From contig OZ245742.1 of the NCBI GenBank assembly GCA_965227295.1, forward strand, positions 256,001-320,000: a DNA stretch of 64,000 nt, given 5' to 3'. Origin of the DNA: Leptonemataceae bacterium. Its GTDB lineage: Bacteria; Spirochaetota; Leptospiria; Leptospirales; Leptonemataceae. The position numbers and the translations under genes were made by a program. The notes below the pieces were generated by a model, which was not told where the DNA came from, ran no database searches, and worked only from the letters and a program-made list of their open reading frames with translations. Each line of letters opens with the position of its first letter. Position 1 is the stretch's first letter. Below, in pieces: positions 10,318-20,345 of this stretch.

Positions 10318-11118
10318 CTAACTTCCGCTGAATTGCGGTTTACGTTTTTCCAGGAAGGCGCGCACGCCCTCCTCGTAGTCCGCGCTCTTGAAACAGGCCT
10401 CCGCCGCTTCGCTGACGGTTGCGGCGTCGGGCCCGCCCGCGCCCGCGGCATGACGCACGGAAAGCTTCGCGGCTTTCACGGTGAGCGGAGCGTTCGCGGC
10501 AATGCGTCGCGCGTACTTCGCCGCGTACTCGAAGAGCTCGTGGTTCGCCACGCGCCGGTGAATCAAACCCAGGCGCAGGGCTTCTGCGCTGTCGTAGACG
10601 TTCGCGGTGAAAAGCATTTCGCGGGCCGCCCCGGCGCCGAGCTCCTGGACGAGACGCCGGGTATTCGCGGCGCCGTACGCAAGGCCGAGCTTCGCCGCCG
10701 GAATGCAGTACTGCGAATCGTCCGAACCAATGCGCAGGTCCGCCGACAGAATGATGGCGCAACCACCGCCGAAACAAAAGCCGCGCACCGCGGCGATTAC
10801 GGGTTTCGTGCTTTCGCGCAGGGATCGCAGGGCGGCATCGGTGACGGCGTCGTAACGCTTCGCGCCTTCGGCCCCCTGGCGAATGCTTTCGAATTCCGAG
10901 ATATCGGCGCCGGCGGCGAAGGCCTCCTCTCCGGCGCCACGAATCAGAATACTCCGCACCGCGGGATCGGAGTCGAGTTCGTGGACGGCGTCCGTGAGGT
11001 CGCGCCACATCTGTAGCGACATGGCGTTGCGTTTCCCGGCATGGTCGATGATCAAACGAGCGATACGCGCATCATCCTGCTCATCGCGCTCAACAACAAT
11101 GCGACCGCCCGCGCTCAT
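10318..11118 (-). CDS. Enoyl-CoA hydratase/isomerase (crotonase) family
   Basis: AFAAGADI, KPVIAAVRGFCFGGG, EGVRAFLEKRKPQF; ATGA overlap with upstream gene. Confidence 0.92.
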   Translation of the reverse strand: MSAGGRIVVERDEQDDARIARLIIDHAGKRNAMSLQMWRDLTDAVHELDSDPAVRSILIRGAGEEAFAAGADISEFESIRQGAEGAKRYDAVTDAALRSLRESTKPVIAAVRGFCFGGGCAIILSADLRIGSDDSQYCIPAAKLGLAYGAANTRRLVQELGAGAAREMLFTANVYDSAEALRLGLIHRRVANHELFEYAAKYARRIAANAPLTVKAAKLSVRHAAGAGGPDAATVSEAAEACFKSADYEEGVRAFLEKRKPQFSGS

Positions 11119-11759
11119 AGACCGCCGAACTCGACGGCCACACCGCATAGCGCAACAATCACCCCGGCCGCCGCGTGACCATAGCGGGCGAGACCCCGGG
11201 CAAACGAAGCGTTGCCACTGAAACGCGCGAGGCTGAAGGTCGCCGGCACGATGATGACCAGCATCGTTGCAAGGGTCGTGAGTGTGAACGCGCTGACCGC
11301 ACCGATCGCGGCCGTGAGTCCTTCGACGCCGCCCGCGTACATTACGAAGGGAATCAGCGGTTCGCACGGTCCGAAGAAGAATATCAAAAATAGACTGATG
11401 CCCATGAGCGAAATGCTCGCACTCTCTTCGCCGTTGTGACGGCGCGCGCGGTACAGACCCCAGAGGGCGTAGACCGTGCCGGCGAAGATCAGCGCCCAGG
11501 CAGCGATGCCGGCCCGGGTTTCGTCGATGTACAAAAGATCTCCGAGACTGCGGCCGAGGGCGAGGCCGCCGATGCCGAGCAGGACGGCGGTAAAGGCGTG
11601 GGCCAGACCGCAGAGTACGGTGAAGACGACGGTCCGGCGCACGTTCCAATTCCGCGCCCGGGCGAGGGCGATGAACGGCAGGTAGTGATCGGGACCGAGG
11701 ACGGTGTGCAGCACGCCGGTACCGGCGGCGGCGAGGCTTAGTGCAAAGATGGATTCCAT
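11115..11759 (-). CDS. Nickel/cobalt transporter-like membrane protein (HoxN/NicO/UreH-like)
   Basis: HTVLGPDH motif in TM1, GLAH, PCEP, about 6 TM helices; upstream of lar genes. Confidence 0.7.
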   Translation of the reverse strand: MESIFALSLAAAGTGVLHTVLGPDHYLPFIALARARNWNVRRTVVFTVLCGLAHAFTAVLLGIGGLALGRSLGDLLYIDETRAGIAAWALIFAGTVYALWGLYRARRHNGEESASISLMGISLFLIFFFGPCEPLIPFVMYAGGVEGLTAAIGAVSAFTLTTLATMLVIIVPATFSLARFSGNASFARGLARYGHAAAGVIVALCGVAVEFGGL

Positions 11760-11797
11760 AGATTTTGTTTACTAACTATTTCCCGTTGTGTATTAAT

Positions 11798-12619
11798 TTA
11801 TGAGAGCGTGCCGAACTTCGCGCGGAACTCGTCCCTGGAAAGGCCGCTGGCCTTCCACTCGCGTTCGAAGCGATCGCGGCGGGACTCGTACTCCTCGCTC
11901 AGAGGAATCTCCAACCGGGCTATGGTTTCGCCGTAGCGGCGGCTGGAGTAGAGCGCGAAGTGATGACGATCGATGCCGGTCTGATCCAGCAGAATGCCCA
12001 CGAGGGTGAGTCCCATGCCGGCGCCCTCGGTCTCGTCGCCGTGGGCCAGGTAGAACTGCATGAGGTCGGTGAAGTCCTGGGCGTCGCGGAACTTCGTGCG
12101 GATGCGCTCCTCTTCCACGGGCCACAATGTGAACACGTTCTTGACCTTGATCTTCAGCGCCTGAAAGGGCTCGTAGTAAAACGTAATCGTCACCGGAAGA
12201 TTGTACTCCCGAAACAGCGGCTTGTAATGGCGGATGCGTTTTTCGGGCAGGTTCTTTTTGAATACGACCATGCCTTCTTCGTATTGTTGCGGGTCCAGCG
12301 GGTCGAGGCCCAGTTCGTCGAAGATGATGCGCTTGAGGTTCGCCTTGCCCGCGTTCATTACGAGTTCTTTCAGCGACGTGTAGAGAATGTCGAGCAGGTC
12401 GGGACGATTGAAGCGCGCGAGGATGCGACTCACGATGATATGCAGGGCCTGCTCGCCGGCGTCGGAAAGATAGTAGGTTACGAGAGAGATGGCCTTGTTC
12501 GAGGCCAGCGCCTGATCGACGAGGGCCGTCAGCTCTTCCGCGGGTTGCCGGGCCAGGGCGTCGGCACGGTTTCGCAGGGCTTCCAGTCGCTCCTTTCCGT
12601 TCGCCCCCGCCCCGGACAT
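11798..12619 (-). CDS. GHKL/HATPase-like (anti-sigma kinase-like) protein
   Basis: ELVMNAGKAN (N box) and EGAGMGL (G2 box). Confidence 0.65.
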   Translation of the reverse strand: MSGAGANGKERLEALRNRADALARQPAEELTALVDQALASNKAISLVTYYLSDAGEQALHIIVSRILARFNRPDLLDILYTSLKELVMNAGKANLKRIIFDELGLDPLDPQQYEEGMVVFKKNLPEKRIRHYKPLFREYNLPVTITFYYEPFQALKIKVKNVFTLWPVEEERIRTKFRDAQDFTDLMQFYLAHGDETEGAGMGLTLVGILLDQTGIDRHHFALYSSRRYGETIARLEIPLSEEYESRRDRFEREWKASGLSRDEFRAKFGTLS

Positions 12620-12634
12620 GCGCAGTACCGCGCG

Positions 12635-14242
12635 TTACACGCGCGCGGCCTCCTGTTCACGCTGGTATTCAATGTACTCGTCGTAGGTGCAGAGCTTATC
12701 GAACGCGCCGCCGCCGTCTTTGAACTCGATGACGCGGTTGGCCACAGTGTTGCTTAGTTCGTGGTCGTAACTTGTAAACAGGATGACGCCGGGGAATTCG
12801 ATCATGCCCTGGTTGAGGGCCGTGATGGATTCCAGGTCCAGGTGGTTCGTGGGTTCGTCGAAGATCAAAAGATTGGCGCCCGAGAGCATCATGCGGGAGA
12901 GCATGCAGCGAACCTTTTCGCCGCCGGACAGTACGCTGCATTTCTTCAGGGCTTCGTCGCCGGAGAACAGCATGCGTCCCAGAAAACCGCGGATGTAGCC
13001 TTCGTCCTGATCTTTGGAGTACTGGCGCAACCAGTCGACGAGGTTCAGATCTTTCTCGAAGTACTCATCGTGGTCTTTCGGAAAATAGGCCGGGGTGATG
13101 GTGACGCCCCATTTGAACTCGCCGGCGTCCGCTTGCTCTTCTCCCATGAGAATTTTAAAGAACATGGACTTCGCAAGGCCGTCGTCGCCGACGAAGGCGA
13201 TCTTATCTTCCTCACGCACGCGAAAGCTCACGTCCTTGAACAACTCCACCCCGTCCACGGTTTTGGACAGGCCGTCCACCGTGAGGATATCGTTGCCCGG
13301 ATCGCGTTCGGGTTTGAAGTTGATGTACGGGTACTTGCGCGACGAAGGTTTGATGTCGTCGATGGTGATCTTTTCCAGCAGCTTCTTGCGCGAGGTGGCC
13401 TGTTTGGACTTGGAGGCGTTGGCACTGAAGCGGGCGATGAACTCCTTGAGTTCTTTGACCTTATCTTCTTTCTTTTTGTTTTCGTCTTTGCGCTGCTGCA
13501 TGGCGAGCTGCGACGAAAGATACCAGAAGTCGTAGTTGCCGACGTAGATCTGCATTTTGCCGAAGTCCAGGTCCGCGATGTGCGTGCATACGCGGTTCAG
13601 GAAGTGGCGGTCGTGGGAAACGACGATCACGGTGTTCTTGAAATCGTAGAGGAACTCTTCCAGCCACACGATGGAACTCACGTCCAGGTGGTTCGTGGGT
13701 TCGTCCAGCAGCAGGATGTCCGGATTGCCGAAGAGGGCCTGCGCGAGCAACACGCGGACCTTGTCGTCGTCTTCCAGCTCCTTCATGAGCTTCGCGTGCA
13801 TAGCCTCTTTGATGCCCAGGCCGGTCAGCAGCGTGGCCGCCTCGGACTCGGCTTCCCAGCCGCCGAGGTCGGCGAACTGCTCTTCCAGTTCCGCGGCGCG
13901 GATGCCGTCCTCGTCGGACATGTCGGCTTTGGCGTAGATCGCATCGCGCTCTTCCATGATGGCGTAGAGATCTTTGTGGCCCATGATGACGGTCTTCAGG
14001 ACCTCGAAGTCGTTGTACTCGTAGTGGTTCTGCTTCAGCACGGCCATGCGCTGATCGCCGGGGATGAGGACCTCGCCGGAAGTGGGCTCCTCGACGCCGG
14101 AGAGGATTTTGATGAAGGTGGACTTGCCGGCGCCGTTCGCGCCGATGAGGCCGTAGCAATTGCCGGGCGCGAACTTGAGATTGACGTTCTCGAAGAGGGT
14201 GCGCTGGCCGTATTTGAGGGTGAGGTTCTGTACGTTGATCAC
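12635..14242 (-). CDS. ABC-F family ATPase (YbiT/YkpA-like)
   Basis: Two ABC domains (GANGAGKST, LLLDEPTNHLD, LSGGEKVR, FDEPTNHLD), no TM segments. Confidence 0.93.
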   Translation of the reverse strand: MINVQNLTLKYGQRTLFENVNLKFAPGNCYGLIGANGAGKSTFIKILSGVEEPTSGEVLIPGDQRMAVLKQNHYEYNDFEVLKTVIMGHKDLYAIMEERDAIYAKADMSDEDGIRAAELEEQFADLGGWEAESEAATLLTGLGIKEAMHAKLMKELEDDDKVRVLLAQALFGNPDILLLDEPTNHLDVSSIVWLEEFLYDFKNTVIVVSHDRHFLNRVCTHIADLDFGKMQIYVGNYDFWYLSSQLAMQQRKDENKKKEDKVKELKEFIARFSANASKSKQATSRKKLLEKITIDDIKPSSRKYPYINFKPERDPGNDILTVDGLSKTVDGVELFKDVSFRVREEDKIAFVGDDGLAKSMFFKILMGEEQADAGEFKWGVTITPAYFPKDHDEYFEKDLNLVDWLRQYSKDQDEGYIRGFLGRMLFSGDEALKKCSVLSGGEKVRCMLSRMMLSGANLLIFDEPTNHLDLESITALNQGMIEFPGVILFTSYDHELSNTVANRVIEFKDGGGAFDKLCTYDEYIEYQREQEAARV

Positions 14243-14477
14243 GATCTACCTGCTTGCCGCCCGAACGATTTACAAATTACAGCGAAGATGGAAGACACGG
14301 GGACCGGGCGGGCTTTCACGGGATTCGTGACCACATTTTATGAGACGCCGCCCGGGTCGAGAATCTTACAACGTCCATTCTCTTCTATAGTTACAGTGTC
14401 TTTTCTACGATCCCGGGCGGAATCCGCCAGCGGTTTTTGCGGGCCCTGTCCGGCCTTCCCGACGGCGGCTGCGACGC

Positions 14478-14867
14478 CTACGCGCCGCGGATGGCGGCCA
14501 CGGTCTCGGCGAACTCGGCGTCGCTTAATTCCAGGCGCGGTCCGGTGAAGTTCGTGTCGCTCAGTTGATCGAGGGGGATCAGGTGAATGTGCACGTGCGG
14601 GACTTCCAGGCCCACCACGGCCATGCCGACCTTACGGCATTCGATGGCCGCGTCGATCTTCCGCGCCACACCGGCCGCGAACTTATGCAGGGCGGCCAGT
14701 TCGTCTTCGGGCATGTCGAAGATGTAATCGACCTCGCGCTTCGGCACGACCAGGGTGTGTCCGCGTTTCAGCGGCTTCACGTCGAGAAAGGCGATGTGCG
14801 CCTCGTCCTCGGCGATCTTGTGGCACGGGATTTCGCCGGAGATGATTTTGGTGAAGATGGTGGGCAT
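14478..14867 (-). CDS. HIT family nucleotide hydrolase
   Basis: TIFTKII, GHTLVVPK, VPHVHIHLIP histidine triad. Confidence 0.95.
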   Translation of the reverse strand: MPTIFTKIISGEIPCHKIAEDEAHIAFLDVKPLKRGHTLVVPKREVDYIFDMPEDELAALHKFAAGVARKIDAAIECRKVGMAVVGLEVPHVHIHLIPLDQLSDTNFTGPRLELSDAEFAETVAAIRGA

Positions 14868-15551
14868 GGTACGATCTGCGCCGCCCCGGATTGTGAGGTA
14901 AATCTTTTTTGGGCGTGTCCCTCCGCGCTTCGGGGGCTGGCGAAAACTCCCATACGACAGGCCAGTTATCGGAAAGTGACATCTATAGAACGCAGGGCTC
15001 TTTGCGTCAGGGATCGGAAGAGTTGCGCCGGAAAGCGGACGCCAGTGTCGGGGCTGACCAATAAGTGGCCTGCCAGGAAAGATAAGGCATTCATTTTAGT
15101 GGGGGAGCTCCGCTCCCCCTGGCTCCGACCTGCGTCGCTACGCGAACGCCCGGGCCTCGCCTTCGGCGACCGGCTCACCCTCCGGGCAAGCCTGGCCCGG
15201 GCTCGCGGTTCTCCGCCACCCCCTCGGTGTGCAGCATCCGTTCGCGACTCGTTCTTAAATATGGGCAATAATCCGGCGTCGGCTTGTGCTCCGGCAAGGC
15301 GAGTCGCTACACTCGCGGCGAGGCACCCAAAAAGTCTTGCTTTAATTTTATCATGATTTCAAGCCAAAAATCGCAACGCTAACTTACAGTGCAGTAGTGC
15401 TTGTATGGGCGTCTCCCTCCAATCGCTAACGCGAAGAGCCGAACACATTCGCACCCGATCAGTCCACGTTTCTTTTCATTCTTCCCTCGGCTCCTCGGTC
15501 CTCGGAGTAAATTCTTCTTCCCACCCACGCCGCCGATCGATACGATCCACC

Positions 15552-17441
15552 GTGCGCGCCCTCATCATTCGTGGAACGTTTGCCGCCCTGTTGCTCATCT
15601 CCGGTTGCTACACCGGCATGCTGAACACCGGCGGCAACGTCGTAACGATTACGCCCGATCGACCGCTGCATCCGCCGCTGACGATGCCCGAGGGCAAAGC
15701 GCTCACGGTGACGGGCAGCCTGGGCGAATTCCGGCGCGTGCACTTTCATTACGGCCTGGACTTTTCAACGGGCGGCCAGGTGGGATTGCCGGTGCACGCC
15801 GTCGAGGACGGCATCGTGCGGCGGGTAATGTTCGGGCGCTACGGCATCGGCAACGCGCTGTGGATCGAACATCCGAACGGCTTAGTTTCCAAGTACGGAC
15901 ACTTAGACGGCTTCGCGGAGAGCCTCCTCGCACACGAGAGCTTCGCACCGATTCTGGACTCGATCCGGCTGCGAAAAGAATTCAGCCATCATCCTTCGAA
16001 GGATGCGGCGCCCGTCGTAAAACGCGGCGATGTGATCGCGTACTCCGGCGAAACCGGCGTAGGTTATCCGCATTTGCACTTTGAGTTACTGGAAGGCGAC
16101 GGGCGCACGACGATCAATCCCCTGCTCTACGGCCTGGAACTGCCGGACACCACGCCGCCGGAGTTACTGGAGATCGTCCTGGAACCGGCGGCGCCGACGT
16201 CCCGCATCAACGGCAGGTACGAAACGCTGAGCATTCCGCTACAGCCCGGTGCCGTCAGCGAAAGCGAGCAGCGCCGTACGCGCACGTTCGTCCCGCATCC
16301 GGGCGATCGGCGTAGGCCGGCGGCTCCGGGAACGGCGAATGATCCGGTCGTCGTGGCCGGGGCGGTGCAGGTCAAAGTGGCGGCCTACGACCCTTCCGAA
16401 TCCGGCGGCCGCTCGCGGCTCTCCTTAACCTCCGGCGATCTTACATTAGATGCGCAGCGCATCTTCGAGTTTCGCTTCGATCGCCTGCCCTGGATGCCGC
16501 AGCGGCGCCATCTGTTGTTTTACGATCTGGAACGCACGAAACTCCGCGGCGGCGCCGAGTACATGCAACTCTTCTACGAACGCCTGAACCGTGAGCTGCC
16601 GTTCATTGACAGCACCGAGCGCGGCATCGTCACCCTGCCGGCGCGCGCATCGAAGGTTCTGCACGAGCTGCGCATCAACGGCGCGGATGCCGCCGGCAAT
16701 CGATCGACGGTTACGTTAAGACTGCGCCGGGACGGCAGCGAGCATCCGCCGGTCGCCGCACCGGAGCCGAATACCTTTGCCGGACGCACTACGGATCTTA
16801 CGAGCGAAGACGGGGCCTTGCGCTTAACTTTCGGCGAGCGCGCCTTATTCGAAGATCGGCGTTTCTTCATTCAGCGCGGCCGGGTATCGCCGGCGCTGCC
16901 GAAGGGCCTGCGGCCGTTGTCGTTCGCGTACGGCGTGGGCCCGGCGTATTTGAATTTCCTGGACGGCTTCGACGGCGAGATTCGCACGGCCGTGCTTTCG
17001 AAGAAGGCATCCGCGTACATCGTCGCCGGCCGGCGCGCCATTCCCCTCATGAAACCGGGCGCCGAACGCATCGACGATCCGAACGGCGATACGAAGGCCA
17101 GGGCGTTGTATCGCTTCACGGCCCACAACACCGGTTACTTCGCCGTCATTGAAGACAACGCGCCGCCGGAGTTTCTTAAGATGCGGCGAAATTCATTTAG
17201 CGGCGAGTTTCGTATTTTTCTGAAACCCCGCGACGTGGGCAGCGGGATTGATTACGAAAGCCTGCGCGTGACGGTGGACGGGATTGTCTGCGCGACGGAC
17301 CACGATCCGGATTACGATCATGTGGAGGTGTTTTTTCCGGAGCACATTTATAAACGCGGGGCGCATGTGCTGCGGGCGGATGTGATGGATCGCGCGGGGA
17401 ACAAGGCGGCGACGTTGGTGTGGCGGTATCGGGTGCGGTGA
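15552..17441 (+). CDS. M23 family metallopeptidase, probable lipoprotein
   Basis: HYGLDF, YGHLD, SGETGVGYPHLHFE; signal ending LISGC; start at GTG 15552 inferred (ORF open from 15405). Confidence 0.85.
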   Translation: MRALIIRGTFAALLLISGCYTGMLNTGGNVVTITPDRPLHPPLTMPEGKALTVTGSLGEFRRVHFHYGLDFSTGGQVGLPVHAVEDGIVRRVMFGRYGIGNALWIEHPNGLVSKYGHLDGFAESLLAHESFAPILDSIRLRKEFSHHPSKDAAPVVKRGDVIAYSGETGVGYPHLHFELLEGDGRTTINPLLYGLELPDTTPPELLEIVLEPAAPTSRINGRYETLSIPLQPGAVSESEQRRTRTFVPHPGDRRRPAAPGTANDPVVVAGAVQVKVAAYDPSESGGRSRLSLTSGDLTLDAQRIFEFRFDRLPWMPQRRHLLFYDLERTKLRGGAEYMQLFYERLNRELPFIDSTERGIVTLPARASKVLHELRINGADAAGNRSTVTLRLRRDGSEHPPVAAPEPNTFAGRTTDLTSEDGALRLTFGERALFEDRRFFIQRGRVSPALPKGLRPLSFAYGVGPAYLNFLDGFDGEIRTAVLSKKASAYIVAGRRAIPLMKPGAERIDDPNGDTKARALYRFTAHNTGYFAVIEDNAPPEFLKMRRNSFSGEFRIFLKPRDVGSGIDYESLRVTVDGIVCATDHDPDYDHVEVFFPEHIYKRGAHVLRADVMDRAGNKAATLVWRYRVR

Positions 17442-17454
17442 GCGTTTCGTTTTT

Positions 17455-17646
17455 TGCGCGATACGCCCCATACACCAGGCGTGAGCGATGCGCAGGGTCG
17501 CGCGCCAGCGCGAGTCTCGCGCCCTCGCGAGACCGAAGCGAAGCGGAGCCCGGAGCAGCGCGACGGCCCGCCGCCTCAGAGGGGAGTGATCAAACAGCGG
17601 CCCGACCAGCGGGCCTTGTTGGCAGCCGCGGGCCGGCACGCCCAAA
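17455..17646 (-). repeat. REP-like palindromic element family 1
   Basis: TTTGGGCG...GGGCTCCGCTTCGCTTCGGTCTCGCG..CGCGAGAC...ATCGCT..CGC on the minus strand. Confidence 0.8.
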
Positions 17647-17776
17647 TCAAATATTTTATGGAACGCGGAGGCGAATCAATTGAAATAGAATCGCGTGGTG
17701 AAATCTTTTCTAAGATTCACTGATACCATCTTTAAGATATTCGACAACGACTGCACGCAACGACAATCACCAGGTT

Positions 17777-18988
17777 TTACACCGCCACCCCCACATACTT
17801 CGCCCGCGGTCGAATCAGCAGCCCGCTCTCATACTGCTCCATGGCATGCGCAATCCAGCCGGCCGCACGCCCGGCCGCAAAGATCGCGAGACCGGCCCCC
17901 GGCGGTAACATCAACACACGGCACATTAGCGCCAACCCGAAGTCGACCGTGGGATAATCCATCAACGTCCGCCGCACATATTGAACGAGCGAACGCGCGC
18001 GGCGCACCTCGGCGTGACCGGGAAACGCGGCGGCACAGAGATCGATCAACGCACGGCCGCGCGGGTCGCCGTCGGGATACAGCGGATGACCGAAGCCGGG
18101 CACAGACTCGCCGCGACGCAGGATTTTCTGAATCGTTTCCGGCCCGCCGTGTTCGGCGACGGCGTCGAGAAACTCGATCGTACGCTCCGTAAGCAAACCG
18201 TGGCGCGGACCCGACAACGCGGCGAGGCCGGCGCATACGGCCTGGTAAATGCCGGCCCCGCCGGACGCGACGCAGCGCACGGTGAACGATGAAAGATTCA
18301 ACTCGTGATCCGCCATGAGCACGAGCGCCGCGTTCAGCATCGACTCCGCCCGCTGTCGCCCGCTGCGCACCCATGCCGACGCCAGCGCGCCGGCCAGACT
18401 CCCGTTCGGTTTCGTTTCTAATGTAAGATAAATACACATTAACCGAAGCAGGCGCGCGCCCACCAAACGCACGGAGGCTGCTTCCGTGCGATACGCGGCG
18501 GGATCCCGAGACCCGGCGGCCACGAGCATCATCCGGCACCGATCCATCGGTGTAAGCTCTGCGGCCTGTTGTAGATGGCGCTCGCTCCGCCGCGATAATC
18601 GCGGCCAGACCTCGCGCGCGAACAGATCGCCGTCCGCCTGCCAGAGAAACGCCGCCACCGTTTCGAAGTCCTCGTCGCGCAGATCCAGAACGTTGCGCCC
18701 GCGATAGTAGAGCGCGCCGTCGGCGATGCAACTGATCGACGACTCCAACACCGGCTGGCCCCAGGTCAACGCGGTGCCGGCAGTGCGCCCGGGCCGCATT
18801 CGTTCTTCCCGGCGTAGCTTCAGTCGTTCCACGTCTTCGCGACGGTAGCGGCGGCTGCGATCCCCCCGGCCGCCCGGCTCCGAATGCAGGTGCCCGCGAC
18901 TGACGTAGGCGTAGATCGTCTCGACTTCCACGCCCAGAAACCGCGCGGCTTCGTGGGCGGTGAGATACGACTTGATGGATCCGTCCAT
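17777..18988 (-). CDS. HTH (excisionase/MerR-like) fused citrate synthase-like protein
   Basis: N-terminal LTAHEAARFLGVEVETIYAYVSRG; ADHELN, GPRHG, PGFGHPLY, GRAAGWIAH. Confidence 0.88.
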   Translation of the reverse strand: MDGSIKSYLTAHEAARFLGVEVETIYAYVSRGHLHSEPGGRGDRSRRYRREDVERLKLRREERMRPGRTAGTALTWGQPVLESSISCIADGALYYRGRNVLDLRDEDFETVAAFLWQADGDLFAREVWPRLSRRSERHLQQAAELTPMDRCRMMLVAAGSRDPAAYRTEAASVRLVGARLLRLMCIYLTLETKPNGSLAGALASAWVRSGRQRAESMLNAALVLMADHELNLSSFTVRCVASGGAGIYQAVCAGLAALSGPRHGLLTERTIEFLDAVAEHGGPETIQKILRRGESVPGFGHPLYPDGDPRGRALIDLCAAAFPGHAEVRRARSLVQYVRRTLMDYPTVDFGLALMCRVLMLPPGAGLAIFAAGRAAGWIAHAMEQYESGLLIRPRAKYVGVAV

Positions 18989-19008
18989 ATATGGACAGAC
19001 TAATCAAC

Positions 19009-19028
19009 ATTGACCGGCTTGCGTCAAT
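19009..19028. promoter_or_regulatory. Palindromic candidate operator ATTGAC-N8-GTCAAT between the divergent citrate synthase genes
   Basis: Perfect 6-bp inverted repeat in a 73-bp divergent spacer. Confidence 0.5.
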
Positions 19029-19061
19029 CGGTTATTCTTCGAAGCGAAACAGGAGAACACC

Positions 19062-20225
19062 ATGAACGCAAACACCCTCACCGCTCCCGCCCCGTCGCAA
19101 TACCGCCCGGGCCTCGAAGGCGTCGTCGCCGCCCGCACGCGACTGTCCCGGGTCGACGGCGTGGCCGGTCGTCTAACCATCGCCGGCTACGAGTTAGAAG
19201 ACTTCGCCCATCGAGCAACCTTCGAAGAGACCCTGCATCTTCTCTGGCACGATCGTCGCCCGGCTCCGGATAACCGGCAGCATTTCAGCGAACAATTGCG
19301 CGCGGCGCGACACTACACGCCCCGCCTGCGCAGGATTTTAGACGAAGCCGTGGACGGCGGCGCTCCGCTCATCGACGTCCTGCGCGTGGGTTGCGCGGCG
19401 TTGTCCGTCGACGCCGGGACCCCGGAACCCGCCGGCGATGCGGAGCGGATTGTAGCGACGTTGCCGTTGATCATCGCTCATGCCGAGCGGCGCAAGCGCG
19501 GCCTCCGCGTTCCGGCACCGCGCGACGACCTCGACCAGGCCGAGAACTTTCTCTACATGTTGGATGGTCACTACAGCGAGAATCTTCCGCGCCGCGCCCG
19601 GGCGTTACACACCTACTGGAACGCCGTCGTGGATCACGGGCTGAACGCCTCGACGTTTACGGCGCGGCTTATCATCAGCACGCGCTCGGACGTGGTCTCC
19701 GCGGTGACGGGGGCGATCGGCGCGTTGAAAGGTCCACTGCACGGCGGAGCGCCGGGGCCGGCGCTGGACATGGTCTTCGAGATCGGCACGGCTGAACGCG
19801 CCGAAGCTTACATTCAACAGAAGTTAGACCGGGGTGAACGTTTGATGGGCTTCGGCCATCGCATCTATCGCGTGCGCGACCCGCGGGCGGACGTGCTGGC
19901 CCGGGCCGCGGCGGAGTTGTATCGCGGGCATCCGGAGCTGGAGTCGTTGTACACTCTCGCGCTGCATGTAGAGCAAACTGCGTTGCGCATCTTACACAAA
20001 CGCAAACCGGAGCGCGTGTTGCAGACGAACGTGGAGTACTACACGGCGCTGTTGCTGCACGGTATCGGCCTCGCGCCGGAGTTGTTCACGCCGGTATTCG
20101 CAGCGGGGCGGGCGGGCGGATGGACGGCCCACTGCCTGGAGTACCTCGCCTCCGGGGAACGCATCCTGCGGCCGGCGTCGGAGTACGCGGGCGCCGAAGG
20201 CCGGCGCTGGGATGCCGGGGTCTGA
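19062..20225 (+). CDS. Citrate synthase/methylcitrate synthase family
   Basis: GLEGVVA, DHGLNASTF, LKGPLHGGA, MGFGHRIY..DPR, NVEYY; AGGAG RBS. Confidence 0.92.
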   Translation: MNANTLTAPAPSQYRPGLEGVVAARTRLSRVDGVAGRLTIAGYELEDFAHRATFEETLHLLWHDRRPAPDNRQHFSEQLRAARHYTPRLRRILDEAVDGGAPLIDVLRVGCAALSVDAGTPEPAGDAERIVATLPLIIAHAERRKRGLRVPAPRDDLDQAENFLYMLDGHYSENLPRRARALHTYWNAVVDHGLNASTFTARLIISTRSDVVSAVTGAIGALKGPLHGGAPGPALDMVFEIGTAERAEAYIQQKLDRGERLMGFGHRIYRVRDPRADVLARAAAELYRGHPELESLYTLALHVEQTALRILHKRKPERVLQTNVEYYTALLLHGIGLAPELFTPVFAAGRAGGWTAHCLEYLASGERILRPASEYAGAEGRRWDAGV

Positions 20226-20345
20226 ACTTGCGAACGAGAGGTTTCTTCCGGGCACGGCGACAGTCGCTCTAAAATCCGAATAAAAAACATGGGAACGAAT
20301 TCGGAATCCTTGACAGACGCTGCCCGGCATTGAGCCTCAGACATT

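Noticed and set aside
12761-14548. 595-aa plus-strand ORF
   Set aside because: Antisense shadow of the ABC-F gene
14990-15050. c-di-GMP-I riboswitch
   Set aside because: Only fragments (GAAA loop, GACGC) are present; the GGCAAAC element and correct order are missing
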